DNA of 64,000 nt, from NCBI GenBank assembly GCA_964106645.2, contig OZ067043.1; one strand, written 5' to 3'. Numbering within the stretch: the stretch's first letter is position 1; every line of letters begins with the position of its first letter. The stretch is from Podarcis pityusensis. Lineage: Eukaryota. Under the pieces are notes generated by a model, which saw nothing but the letters and a program-made list of their open reading frames with translations, was not told the origin of the DNA and did not search any database. Both the position numbers and the translations under genes were made by a program. Positions 1 through 13,084 of this stretch are shown here, in pieces.

Positions 1-879
1 TGGATTTTTTTACTGAGTCTTTTTGTGATCACTCAGTGTGGCTCATGCCCACTAGACCTGGTAGGGTGCTAGGCAGTCATGGGGACATAGCCAATGAGAT
101 CATGGGGGCATGGCCAGTTTTTCTGGTCCCCCCATCCTCCTTCGCAATGGTACTGTAGACAATTAAGCATTGTAGGATGAAGAGTCACTCAGGTAAGGTG
201 TCAGTGGTGGAGAGCGAGAGATGGAAGGGTAGTGGTTAATGGAAGAAAGCATGAGATACTTTCAGTCCTCTGGTGATGGGTGGCAGGGAGGGTCAGAGAA
301 GGAATAGAAAGGGGGTGGGTGGAAATGCCTGGGTGGAAAGGGGGCATTTGGAGGGAATAGAGAGAAAAGGAGATAAGTCAGAGTGTGCGAGAAAGAGAGG
401 CAGAGAGACAGAGAAGGAGGGAGGGAGTTTTATGCCTCTGGTGACAATCAAGAAACAAGCTACATGCACTCGACCAACTCCATCATGTCAAGAGCAGCAT
501 CCTCAACTTCAGAGTTGCCACAGAAGTAGGGTGCCCAGGGAAACCAGCACCAGCTACACCCCAGAACTGTAAGTGGAGATCTTCAATATATTTTCAATTG
601 TCAACCTAGATTTTGGCTCAAAGCTTTCTTTGACCTGTAGGGTATCACTGTTTGTGCCTGACAAAGCAGCTAGTTTTTCATGTTATTTTTCATCTCCTTG
701 TGTTTGAACAAATGCATTTGTTTTTGTGTGTTTCAGGTGTGTGATAAAGAAAGTATTTACCCAGATCTTAAAAAATGGGGTCCACTTTTTTTTTTTTTTG
801 CGGCGGCAGCAGGAGGGGGCTTGAGTTAGTAGGGTTAGCAAGAAGTAACTTCTTGATCTTTGAACACAGTCCTTGGTAC

Positions 880-1340
880 TAATACAAAGTTTGCAACTAA
901 GTCTTCAAAAGCAAAAACATTTCCAAGAATGTTAAACTTCAATTATTATAATTTGAACACTGTGCCTTTCTCTAAAGTGCGTGACAATGACAAAAAGGGA
1001 AGAAAAACAAATTAATGGGAAATGGTGAGGAGAATTTATGGACCAGAAAGATTGAGGAATTTTATTGGCTGTATGAAGAACAGATATTGTTGCAAAGACT
1101 AAATCAAAGTGATTAAGATGGATTGGCTGCATTTTAGGAATGCCTGCTGAAAGAAAACCATGACAAATTTTTAGATGCATTGCTATAAGGTAGAACTTCA
1201 GGATGGCCTTGACTAAGATGCATAGATAAGATAGAAAGTGGTTTTTAAATGAGTAGTGTGTTTACAAACTGGAAGAGAACATGCCTGGAAAAAGAATGGA
1301 GGAAAATTGCTACCGTGGCAGCAAAGAGCCTATATTGAGA
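880..1340 (+). mobile_element. Decayed RTE-clade LINE, ORF2 C-terminal fragment
   Basis: Frameshifted translation gives, in order, KSKNISKNVKLQL, MTKREEKQI, EMVRRIYGP, TDIVAKTKSK*LRWIGCILGMPAERKP*QI, GRTSGWP*LRCID and NWKRT..EWRKI..AK. These match the RTE ORF2 tail motifs (RRIYGP; RLRWxGHxxRM; GRPRxRW; NWR..WR). Confidence 0.8.
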
Positions 1341-1428
1341 GATGTTCTTTATGCAGAAAAACCTCTTATAATCCCATTAGTCAAGATGTATGGAGTAGCA
1401 ACTAGACGCGACAGTGGGAGATCTGTTT

Positions 1429-1520
1429 TGGGCTGTAATCTTATACTCACTTTCATGAGAATAAGCTCTATTGAACTCAGTGCAACTGATTTTGGAGCAG
1501 GGGTATATAGGATTGTGCTG
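1429..1520. mobile_element. Short palindromic non-autonomous DNA element (PIF/Harbinger 'Chompy'-like), degenerate
   Basis: Ends gggctgtaatc...ggattgtgct with internal dyad symmetry. Similar copies lie at about 9100-9190, 42871-42990, 54280-54362 and 62027-62105. Confidence 0.5.
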
Positions 1521-1555
1521 TTTAAAATGTACCATAACAGGACCTCTGTCTATCT

Positions 1556-1683
1556 CAGCCTCCCCCAATTTGGTGGTCTCCAAATATTGTTGAACTACAG
1601 CTACTAGAATCTCTGACTGCGGCTGATGTGAGTTGTAGTACAAAACACTGGGAGCAGGGAGGGCACCAGGTTGGGGAAGACTG
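1556..1683. mobile_element. hAT-type hairpin MITE (~130 bp family)
   Basis: TIRs cagcctcccccaa / ttggggaagactg and an internal actacagct...agttgtagt dyad. Confidence 0.75.
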
Positions 1684-1922
1684 GCCCATGCTTCCTCCCC
1701 ATGGGGCAAATTGCAGTTATGGGATGAAAGTGGTGTGGTATGGGGGTGAATCTCCATTTTACTAGCACCATGACCCCAAACTGAATAATGACCTTATGCT
1801 TGATTATACTTTTGAAAAACTGTGGAAAAGAAGATCATGGATCTTTCACTTAGTACAATATAGTATTTTGGCTCAGATAGTCCAGTCCTGTGGGCGATGA
1901 TGTCTACACGGCAATGCATAGG

Positions 1923-2068
1923 ACAGGGGTCAGCAAACTTTTTCAGCAGGGGGCCGGTCCACTGTCCCTCAAACCTTGTGAGGGGGGGCGGACTATATTT
2001 TAAAGGGAAAAAATGAACAAATTCCTATACGCCACAAATAACCCAGAGATGCATTTTAAATAAAAGCA
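1923..2068 (+). mobile_element. hAT non-autonomous element, 5' fragment
   Basis: Begins caggggtcagcaaactttttcagcagggggccggtccactgtccctca, nearly identical to the left end of the element at 21998. Confidence 0.75.
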
Positions 2069-2947
2069 GCTACGGCCACCCCAAAACTATCCGTGGTAAT
2101 TTGGGGGCGCTGGGCGGATATTTGCACCCCGGCATCACATCTGCTAAAGATGGCCCTGGCCTTCCTCTCTCAATTAGCCTTTTAAGTTGATATCTTTCCC
2201 TGTCTGCATACAAATTAGAATTTTTTCAAATAAAAATAAATAAATATATATATATGGCTTTCTTAAATTTCATTTATGTTCCCATTATTTGTCTGCTTTG
2301 ATTTAACTAAATCATTCAAATGTATTCTACTTTTGATTTGATTCTGGATCTTTTTTAAAATTACCATTACTTTGCTGCAGGAGGTTCAGCAAAGCTAAAA
2401 ACATCTATTTTCAGTCACTTAACTTTCCTGGCACTGAAGAAACTCTCCTTTGGTTTTTCTGAATGTACGAGCTTTCAGGAATGCTGTGACAGAATCTGAA
2501 GAAGCTTGGAAGCTGAATGAGCTCCACAGAATACAAAGGCTCTTGTGGGATTTTGTAACTTGAATTGTGATCTATTTACCATTGTTAATAGCACATGCAA
2601 ACTCTTTCCTTCCCTCTCTCTGGGAAGCCTTTTGTACTGTGCTTTACGGGTCAAATTGTGTTATTAGCAAAGGGCCTCTAGAAGGAGCTGTTGCTCTTTC
2701 CAAGTGACCTCCAGAGAAAAAAGAAAAGAGAAAAGTGCTCCCTATTGAGAGATGCTGGCTGGCTTTGTCAGACAACATAGCCCCAATTGGAAAGACAAAA
2801 CGTGAAGATGAGAGAGACGTTGGTCCTGGAGGTTGGGTTTGAAATTTGACTCATGTTATTATATTTGAAGCCTCATTTCAATAGCAACTGGTTGCCACAG
2901 TCAAGAGTTTCAGATTTATGGTTTGAAACAGACTTATGAAAAGGCAA

Positions 2948-3025
2948 AATCAACAAGGACTCTGGTGGCACCTTAAAAAATGAACAGATTTCTATTTTCC
3001 AAGGCTAGAGCCAACTTTTCATGCA
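2948..3025 (-). mobile_element. Penelope-like element terminal fragment (very degenerate)
   Basis: caacaaggactctggtggcaccttaaaa matches the family seen at 13090 and 25500. Confidence 0.5.
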
Positions 3026-6000
3026 GTTCTTCAGCGTGGTGAGCCTGTCTCCTTCCAGGTGTTATTGAACTAGTAACTCCCATTGGACTTGCGGACTGAG
3101 GCCGATGTGGAGGTAACAACATCTGCAGGGCACCAGGTTGGAGAAGATTCATATAATTAAACTAGACCATATGAATGTCTGGAGGCAAATGAGTTCCAGA
3201 GATAAGGAGCCACAGAAGAAAGTGCATGGAGTTGTGAGACAATAGATGCTGGTTTTTGTTCTAAGGGCTAAAGCAGATATGATCTGGTAGGAGAGCCAGG
3301 AGTGCCTTTCCTTAGAAAGATGCCCTGTGCAGATTTATAGAGATGGGCTTGATCCTAGTCTCAAACCCCTTGTATGGAAAATTATAGATTTAGTTTAGAA
3401 GTGCCATTTGCATTCAACCACAAAAGACAAATCCCTCCTCTGAAGAGCTTACAACCTAATTTTAGATAGATGGGAAGCCTACAGAGGGCAAGATGGAAGA
3501 AGAGACATGAGAAGGACCACATTCCTGGGACTGAATGTCCAGTGTTGGTACCTGCTCTGCAGAAAATCCTGGCGATTAGGCCGATTCCACTGTGCACTCA
3601 CTATACATATTAATAAGAACCTAACAAGACATGGGTTGTTGTTTCTCGTTTAATAGAAGCCACAGGGACCCTTGAATTGAATCAGGACCATAGCACTGAA
3701 GAATGAGATTAATCCTTTATTCCAATTAGCCCTCACTGCCGTCTGTAGTTTACTGGTACCGAGGTATCCATGCAAGATCTGTAAGTTTTACTCTGCGTGG
3801 TGCAAATAGAAGATATGGGCAAGAGAATTTTAATCAGAAAACTAATATGGAGCTAACCCTACCTATTCTAGTGTCATATTCCTAATCTAACCAGTATCTC
3901 CTCCTTGCACCTATCTTTTTAATGCAAGAGAATCATAACTATCCCACACTGCATCTAATTTGGGCCTAAAAGTCTGACTTTAAAAGTTAGTAGCAGAAAA
4001 ACACTGGGCAGAGGAAAATGTCTCCTGTTAAAAAATAATTCAAGGTTAGGTAAGACATCTATGGAGGAAATCAGCAGGTAGCGGGCCTTGCATATGCCTT
4101 GCTAGAAAACTGGCACATCAGGAAACTTGAATCTTGTGGCTAGAATGAAAAGTGAAATTGTCAAGAATGGGATGACATCAAAATCCTCCACCTAGTGCAC
4201 TTCCACAGTGTGCATAGTGTATAAACTATATGTCAGGACTGGAAATATTGGTGGCAGAAAGGAAGGTGGGACTACCACCTTTCTTAGTTTGATTTCCTGT
4301 GGGGTTTATTTTGGGAAGCACGTTCTCACTTGTCCCACATTACATTGCTCCCTATGATGCCAGACTCCTGCAATGATTTAAAAAAATTATAGGGAGTAAT
4401 TTACTGCAGGACATATACAGACAAAGGCATCTGAAGCAGGCGACCCTTGCAGTAATAATTCCCTCAGTAAATCTGGTCGCAGCTGTTCCTGCTGATGCAC
4501 TGACTCGTGGGTGAGATCAGAGTGCAGTAGAGCAGGGCTGCTCTGTGACTTCCTGAGTCATCAATCAGACTAGAAAGCATGTTGACACTACTAAGCTAAA
4601 GGACAAGAATCAGCGACACCTTGGCGCCTCTGCACGGCACAGGCTTGTTCTGCTAGCAGTCCCGGGGGGTTCTGGTGTCTCTGTCTCTCCTAGCTGTTGT
4701 CAGTCTGCCTGGCACCTGGCACCCTTTTCTCTGGCATTGGCTTCCACTGCTAGGCCTTCTGGCATGGTATGCCGAGCCTTCTTTTCCCAGATCCAATTGC
4801 TGTCTCATGCTCTTTCCAAGCCAAGGTGTCGCTAACTAGCCCCTAAAAACAGCACATACCATCTCTGACGGTTCTTTTATCAGCTTCTGTTTCCATGTCC
4901 AGTGCCCATCTTGCAAATGCGTCTGTTTGCACGGTTATGTTCCAGACCTGTTCCTGAAAGTAAAATCCTGCCCTCCTTTTCCATCACCTTATTCATAGAA
5001 TGGTTTGACCCTGTGAACCCCCCTGATGCCCGTGGAGAGGAGCGTTGGGCTGGAGTGCCATGCTGGGGTTGCCCCTTGCCCACCTCCCTCCATCCCTGCC
5101 CACTCACTGTCTAGGGAGCATGCCAAGCGAGGAGAGAGTGAGCCATTCAGCAAGGGGGCTGGGGACACGGCGGGGAGGCCAAGCTGGGCTTCGGGGTCCA
5201 GAGACCCCCCAGGGCAGACAGGGAAGGATGGGGAGCCAGAGACAGGGTCCACCAAAATGCACCTGGGTGGGACGATGATCCCCACAGAAGCCAGTGTCTG
5301 CGTGGGGGTGCCTAGTTTGTGCCCCCTCAAAATTATGCATCCAGGGCCATGGCCCTCCTGGTCTTCCTGCGTTACGCCTCTTGGGTACATGTGGCTCATG
5401 CAACCACATGACAGGATGTATTGAGGATTTTTGTGCCAGCTATATACTGCATGGTTGCATTGGGCGTCTGGAGCCATCAGCCATGCGGGATCATGTTATG
5501 GAAAAGGGTCTCTTGTAAGTCTGCTGCTTGCATTTGAAGGGCGTCTCAGGGCAAGATGTATTGACGAAAGACACCCTTATTCAAATGCAGGGTGCTATTT
5601 AGCTCCTCTTATTGCTGTGATGGTTAGAGTACCAGAACACAGTCCTCTGCTGCACTACATTCTCTCCCCATCCCCCGGCCTCTCTGCTTCCCTTGAGTTT
5701 TACAAGCTGTGCCCTGGGTCTGCATTCAGCTTCTTTTCACTTCTGCAAATCTCGGCCTCAAGGCAGAACAGGAACAGGAGCTATGTGAAATAGCTTCAGG
5801 CACCTGCCAAGGCTTGGCTCTTAATTTTGGATTTCCCTGTGCATCAGTTTCTCCAGATCATTTTTCGTTGCTCAGGAGGAAAACTGATCCATCAAGCTCT
5901 TTTCTTGTATCGCCTGTGGCACTGTCTAATTTCACACCCCCTTGTCCTACTCACAGCATGCTAGACGGATCTGTCCCTCTTTGATTTCACATCTGCTGAG

Positions 6001-9000
6001 TCTTGGATCTTTTTTGCATTAGAGGTGTTGAGGACTTGATGCACTTCCTGCTCCTCTTGTTGGAATAACCCCCAGCACAGGCAGCCTCCCCTTTAGGATG
6101 CTGTCACTGAAGCTGCTTGATAGGGGAGTGAGCTAGATGGTTTTGTGGCTGCCCTCTGTTTACACATGTCCTTTGAGTGCAAGTCTGCTCTTGGTTAATT
6201 GCAGCAGGGCTCATGTCAGAGGCACTTTTTAATTGGCTTATGGTGTGAAAAACCGTGAAATCTGGGCCATGTTTTATTATAGTTCCTATCGCTCTGAACA
6301 AGATGGGAGTAATTAAACTCATGCTGTCATTTTAGCTCAGCTCAGCTCTGTTCAAAGCAGGGTTTATTTTTAAGCATTATAGATACGGCGTAGCCTTCTG
6401 ATAGCAAAGTCAGGGATTTTGTGTGTGCACATTTCTATTCTCTGCCATAACCTGGTTGGTCCTGCCGTCTGTGCGCTAAAACAAATGGGAGCTTTAGCCG
6501 TCCTACGAGTTTTGTAAGAGAAGAATTTGCTGCTAAGCCGGTCCCTTCTAGTGCGTGGAGTTGCTTTGCAGCTGCTAAGTGGACTTACCTTCCAGACACT
6601 ATAATGTTTTTGTTCTGATCACTAAGCCTGTGAGGAGTAGGCACTTAGGAATGCAGTTTTGAAGGGTAAGAATTTCATTTCCTACTCAGCGTCACAGAAG
6701 ATGCCAATCCCATTTTCAGGGCATACTTTTGAGCCAAGGCTCATCAGCATTAAGCCCCTGAATCTGCTTTGAATGTCAGGGAATGTCAGCGTAAAGTAAT
6801 GGCAGTGGGTGCCTCTGAGTACATGCAGAGTGTCTCCCCCCCAAGGGATTTCCCCCTTCTCCTCCACCCATGTGTGCCTAGCATCATCCCCAAATCTGCA
6901 CCAGAGGGTTGGGGGAACCCCAGAATGGATTTAGGGGACACTCAGGGGGAGAAGAGAGGGAGAACTTTCTGCTGTGCAAGGAGAACTCTTTGTGTTGACA
7001 GAACATTTTGCTTGGTGCTGCATTCAATATAATTCATTGGCTTCCACCCTTTCTGCCTCCCTGCCCCTTATGCCTGGAACTGCCCTCCAAAACACATCTA
7101 TGTGACCACTACCCTCTCCTCAGAGCTGATCTTTTCCAGGATATTTTTGGAACAACTTCCTGGTCCCAATACTATATCACAACTAAGCCAAAATACCTGT
7201 ATTTAAAATAATTGTATATTCTTTCCCTGTTTATTCCTGTCTCCATTTCACCCCTTTCCTCTTTGTTTTCCACATGCCTTTTTAATGTTCGTAAGTCCTC
7301 TGCGACATGGATTTGTCAAACATATTCTTCGTAAAGCATTATGTATATAGATGGTGGCATCCTCATCGGTGATGGACTTGTATCCAGAAGATTTGGGCGG
7401 CCTTGGAAAAGTCACTTTCTCTCAGTGTAGCCTACCTTGCATGGGAGCTGTGAGGGTAACTCTGGAGTCCCTTGAGAAAGTATGGAAAACAAATATGCTA
7501 AAAATCACATCTCTATTCCATGGAAGCATCTTCTGCGTAAGAATTTGGCAATGTGTGAATTGGTCCTGACAACAGACTCTGATTCCACAGTAGGTCAGAG
7601 GATCTTGCTTTAGGCAAAATGTTGTGTCTTAGGTTTTTTTTTGAAAAGTGGATTTAATTAAAAATTAATTGGAAACAAGTTTAACTATTAAAATGGCACT
7701 GCCCTATGAATAATGGATGGGATTTTAAAACACTGCCTTCTAACTGCCCAGCAAGAGCATACGTCTGCAAACTGGGGTTTTATGGGTCATGCATTAATTA
7801 TTATTGTATCTGCTTCCTTTCACCCCCCCTCCCATTCTCACAGAGAGCAGCCACTCTAGGATGTTTCGTCAGTGGGTTAGCAGTGGCACAGTAGAAGGTC
7901 AGCCGCAAACCCCATGGTGTGGGATGGATTTTCTCTCCTTGAGCACAATGTGGTAGATCTAGAGGATGTATGAAACCCAGGCTGGTGGATGGGACAATGT
8001 TATCTGTTCAAATAAATGAATGCTTTGATGCAGGGCTTGAGCTGAAGGGGGGAAGGATTTGTTCCGACCCCTCTGACAAAGACTCAACCTCCAGCAGAGA
8101 AAAAAAGCAGGCACTATGACCCACAAGTGACCTGGAGTAAGCTGAAGGTTGGGTGTACTGGAAGAAGGCTATGTCTACTGCCTTCTCTTCCATAACACTG
8201 GACAGGGTGGCTGGAGGCTGCTGTTTGAGCAAACCCAAGAGCAAAGTGGCCCTTCACAATTGATGGAGCTTCTCAGAGCATTACTTTGCCAAACCAACCA
8301 TGTGAGAAGCGGACCTCTGAATCGAGCCATCAAATGCTAACCCATTTGGTCACTAGAGGGAGATAGAGCCATTTTTGTCTTTCAAAGGCTCTTAAACTGT
8401 AGAAGAGTGGTTTTCTTTAGTGGTCAGCCAAAGGGTCTCAGAAAAGAATTATCTGGATAATTTTTGAAAATTTAATTTCTTGAATGTTGGAGAATTTCAG
8501 CTCTCCCCAGGAGAATGTTCAGCAAAATGTCCCCTGAATCTTGCCACCCACAAACAATGCAGAGAACGTTGGCAGGCCATTTCCGCCCAGTCCATGTTTT
8601 ATTGCTGCAAAGAGAGGATTATTATCTCCTCGGCGTGGTCGAGGGGAACTAGACTGCAAAAGCAGAATCAGGCAGCTGCTCTTTGGGTGTAGGGAAAAGC
8701 ATTGTGCTGTTTTCATTCCTGAAGCACACCCCATCCACCTGACAAGCTAAATCGATACTGAACATAATGACTTGAACAAAGGAAAATCCATGCTAGCCTT
8801 GAATGTTCAGCCATGCTCCAAGGAAGAATATGTTTCTTACTAAGCATCATCAGGGCATAAATATTTGATGGCTGAGAGGAGGCCACTGTATGAATTATGG
8901 AAAAGTTCCAAAAGAAACACAAGCCATTATTGCTGGAAGGCCATATTGCTGCTGACTTGAGGAACAAACACCTGCTGGGCAACCCCCTCTTTTCTCTGCA

Positions 9001-9894
9001 AGGATGTGTCAGGGGAGCCATGGTCCATGTTAGAGCAGAATCTGTGTGGTGCTTATTGTTGCTATCTTGGGAGAGGGAGTCTCTGCCCCATCGAAGCGTA
9101 CACTCCTAAGCATGTTTATTGAGAAGCAGCTCTGATGGAGTCCAATTGGGGCTTACTCCCTGCCAAATATGCTTACGGCTGCAGCCTTAGCAGCTAAGTT
9201 TTGCTTGCCTCAGAGCCATTTGATGCAATCGGCTATTGGTACAATAGTGGCAAGTTTCACACAGACCATATGCCTTCCCTCAAAGATCCATTTCTGTGGC
9301 GAGAGCATCGATTCTTCCCAGCGATCCAACTGCAATTGTATCTGGGAAAATACAAGACTTCCTGCAGCTAGCACGTTTATTTGTGATTCTGTTAATGATA
9401 GCACACCTCCCTCCCCATGTCTGTGACCTCATTTTTATAGTCTCTCTCTTAAACTGCTATTCTTCACAGTCTCTCTTCCCACTTGCAACTTCAGCACTTA
9501 AAGGCTCATCCCAATATTTTAAAAAAGATTTGAAAGGCAGCAGCATTAACCCTCTGCAGCAACACCCTGCCATTTTTTAAACCTTTAATTCCAGGTGTTT
9601 ATGTATAACATTTCTCAGTGGCCTTGACAGTAATTCACATTCTGATTGGTGTTTTTCACTTTTTTATGTTTTGCGCTGCAATATGATGACTTTGCAGTTC
9701 ATGTTCTGTGCATAGTCCTCTCTTGCACATGAAATATCCTTGTTGTCAAGATGGTAAAACATGGGGTGGACAGTACCACTGTTTGGTGGACCAACAGCTG
9801 GTTGGACAGCCATACCCAATGAATGCTCATTAAAGGCTCTGCATCTTTGGTGGAGTGCTGCTGCTCTGTCCTGCAACTATTCAGTGACAAGGTG

Positions 9895-9968
9895 GGGGTC
9901 CATAGCTCAGTGGTCTAGCACATTTCTTGCATGTATCAGGTCCCAGTTTCAATCCATAACTTACCTCA
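9895..9968 (+). mobile_element. tRNA-Ala-like SINE head (Squam3-type), truncated
   Basis: ggggtccatagctcagtggt (A box) followed by gtttcaatcc (B box). Confidence 0.6.
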
Positions 9969-10211
9969 GTTACACGGAGAGAGAAAAATGACCAAACTCT
10001 GAGGATGGACAAAGTAGTAAGGATTATCTTCCTTACTTTTCCTGCCAGGGAAAGCAGGGGATATGACCTCACAGAGTATTCTCTCTAGGAATTTACAGGG
10101 GAGAACTCCACGTGTCTTAACTCTTTGCTTGTCTAGCAAAGCTTGAAGTTTTATTTTGGCTGTGAGATTATTTCTCACAAGATGGGGTATAAATGTAAAA
10201 ACTTACAAACA

Positions 10212-10375
10212 AACATAAGAAGAAGCTGCTGGATCAGGCCAAAGGGCATCTCACAGTGGTGAACCAGATGTCTGTGGGAAGCCTGTAAGCAGAAACTGAG
10301 TGATAACAGCACTCTCCCTACCTGCGATTTCCAGCAACTGGTATTCAGAGACATACTGCCTCTGAGGTGTTCAGA
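10212..10375 (-). mobile_element. CR1 LINE 3' end
   Basis: aacataagaagaagctgctggatcaggcc...ccagcaactggtattcagag is the reverse complement of the squamate CR1 3' UTR and tail. Confidence 0.75.
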
Positions 10376-10384
10376 GACTTAACA

Positions 10385-10550
10385 AATGTGCTTTGCATGC
10401 AGAAGGCCCCAAATTCAATCCCTGGCAGCTCCAGGTGAAGGCCCAGGAAGAGGAGGAGATGTGAAAAAGACCTCTGCCTTGGATAACCCCTTACAGACAT
10501 ACTACGGCTAAATGGACAAATAGCCTGAGGCAGCTTCCTATGTTCTTAAA
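10385..10550 (+). mobile_element. tRNA-derived SINE (Squam3-type)
   Basis: gctttgcatgcagaaggccccaaattcaatccctggcagctccagg head and gcagcttcctatgttct tail. Confidence 0.65.
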
Positions 10551-11206
10551 TAAACCAGGATTCTTGTTGCGTTGTGACCATTTTTTGTTTTCTCCAGGCA
10601 AGGTGAGCTGATATGGTGTTGTTTTGTGTGCGCACATGTGCCCTTGAAGTTTTCATCTTATGTGAAGATAGGTGTATTGACTTCATTATTACATAATAGA
10701 TACAAGAAACATGACTGTGCTTCTTTAGGAGCCAGGTCTGTGTGACACCATTGCTTCATCAATAGGCAAAGTACTCACATGGGTCCATGCCTTATTCTCA
10801 TGGTCCTACTGAACGGATCAGTGAGGACGTAGCAATTAAAGCTAATTGGATTTCAGTTGCTGGCAACATGCAGTAGCTTTCCTGTGCGGATCTGAACAAT
10901 TTTGCAAATGGGCAGACACCAGGGAAAAGCTGCCGGAGATAGTGAAAGATTAGTTTTATCTGCTGCATCTTCTTTCTGACAACACGGCTTCCGACAATCG
11001 AGGAAATGAGGTCAAGGTAGCTCAGCAGGTAGGCTTCACACATGTGCCCTGCTAGCCCATTAGATGAGTTTAGTGGTGAAGGCCATTTTTAAATAAACCA
11101 GTGAAAGTGGCAGATCTTCAGGCAACAGTATGAGAACCATCCAGTGCTTTGGAAACGTTTGTGCTGTCCATTGTACTCCAAGATTGCAAAGGGCCCATGC
11201 TATGTG

Positions 11207-11508
11207 CATAGGTGCCAACTCCTAGGGGTGGGGGTGTCTTTGGTTCCCTGAATATTTGTTGGCAGGGGGCTGAGCCCCCACAATGTTGAGGGGGTGAGCA
11301 TGGAGCCATGCATTGTGCAGCATCAGTGGCTGGCTCCTCCTGAGCACAAGAGACGAGGAGCCACTGGACACTGAAGCTGCACAAGTGCTGGACTGCATGC
11401 TCAGCCTCCTCTTGATGATGTGCACGTGTGATGTCACAGGTATGTGACGCTGCTCATACACGCAACACTGGGCCCCTTCAATATTGGATGCAGTACTGGT
11501 TGTGTATG
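11207..11508. mobile_element. Degenerate hAT-like non-autonomous element
   Basis: Ends cataggtgccaact / ggttgtgtatg. Internal motifs (aatatt, gtgatgtcaca) are shared with the element at about 48235-48640. Confidence 0.45.
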
Positions 11509-12019
11509 TCATTAGTGAGGCAGGAAGTTGTGAGATAGTGGAACACAACTTTCAACTATATGTACCTCCGCAGCCACATGTATAAACAGTGAATGTGGAA
11601 CTGCAGCATAAAAACTCTGGTGACTGAGAATCTACTATGGACCAATGCTTGCTAATACAAGATTTAATGAAAACATACTATTAAAATACAGAAGGTACAT
11701 GTAAATGTTGCTTGCTTCATTGAAACGATCTTATTATGCTGTTCAGATAATGACTGCAGTAGTTTATCAAACACAGTGGGAGTTGACCTTTTAAAATATC
11801 TATCATAATGGGACTCATTCAAGTGTTTCACTGTTTTTAGGAAGATTCATGTAATGCATAGTGGGAGATAAGGGATGGAGACAGGGCAAATCAGGATCCT
11901 GAAGGGTTTCAGAGAGAAGCAAGAGGATAGCTGCTGTGGCTAAGACAAGATGTCCAAAACTGAAGTCTTCAAAAAAGCAAGATGTCTATGCTATTCAATA
12001 ACCTGCTGCAAAAGATTTG

Positions 12020-12180
12020 TGAAACGCTTTGAGGTCAAAAATTGCTCAGATATGTGCTGAACCTGATGCTACAACTAGTCCGGGTCTGTTGGAGGTCCCT
12101 GGAGTAATGTTGATTTTCAACCTGTGGGATCAGTTTCAATTGTCCAGCCCAATGACATGGACAGGACACTAATTCCCCAG
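12020..12180 (+). mobile_element. L2 LINE ORF2 internal fragment
   Basis: Translates with a frameshift to FEVK-IAQICAE.DAT and LWDQFQLSSP / VQPNDMDRTL, resembling the L2 linker upstream of RT (FxDKIAQI...LWDQFQLV). Confidence 0.6.
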
Positions 12181-13084
12181 CCATGGCTGTTTCTGGACCA
12201 GAAAAAGCTGCCCTTAGTAGGTCTGCCTTCACTTCTCCAGCCTCTAAATGCTGCAAAGCTATAAAGAAGTGAGGTTCATTGTAATAACATTTGAAAAATG
12301 TAGGGACTGGAATATGAGTGATTAGACCTCTCCTTGGTAGCATTTGCTCTTGCTAATATGTGAAAGATTTTTCTCTAATCGTCATGTCAGGAGCAGAGAG
12401 AGCATGTGCTTACTATCTGTCACAGTTAATTTCACCACCAAACACTTTCATAAAGGAGTGAAAAATAGAGATGGCTTAGTATTACCAAATGATTTTGGAA
12501 GTTTAAAAAACCCTCAACACATTTCAAAATGTGAGCTCTAAGAATGTGTCTATTTCTTCCTCCCCTCTGGAAATCATTATATCTGGCATTTGCAAACATG
12601 ATCACATTTCTGGAGTGCTGTATGTCAGTAGAAGGAACCAGGGCACATTTTTTCTTTTTCAACTTACCCTCCAGCTACATGTAGAATAACAGATGGGGCT
12701 GCAGTGAGATGCATGGAGGAAAAGGAATTTCCTGGCTCAATAATTTGCTCACTCTCTCATATAAGAGCATTTTATATGATGTAAAGGACTCCAAGGCCCC
12801 AGCTTATCCTGTGGTCTAACGCAGGCAGGGCTTCCAAATGTGTTTATAATGCAAAAGATAAACTATGCTTTAAGCTCCATTTTACAGATGGGAAACTCTT
12901 TGATTCATCCAAAATTATATGGAACGAAAAGGCAGGAATTGCATCAAGCTCACTTCAAGACCTCAATCCGCAGCCTTAGAAATATGTCCTTGGAAAAACA
13001 TAATCACAGAGCCTCTTGAGAAGACTGTGTGTACACCATTCTTCTGCAACAAAGCAAAATGGAATAAGTCAAAGGCTTTTCTTT

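Noticed and set aside
273-572. 99-aa ORF
   Set aside because: Purine-rich low-complexity sequence, probably a decayed L2 antisense fragment.
2460-2530. gagctttcag...ctgaagaag...ctgaatgagctc as a collapsed PLE hammerhead
   Set aside because: The GAAA box and stems cannot be reconstructed; too degenerate.
4231-4870. Possible solo LTR beginning tgtcaggactgg
   Set aside because: LTR-like texture, but no TSD or confident 3' end was found.
4880-5984. Cluster of overlapping ORFs in a GC-rich patch
   Set aside because: Stop-poor GC-rich decayed repeat with a hAT-like end near 5320-5382; no coherent protein or exon structure.
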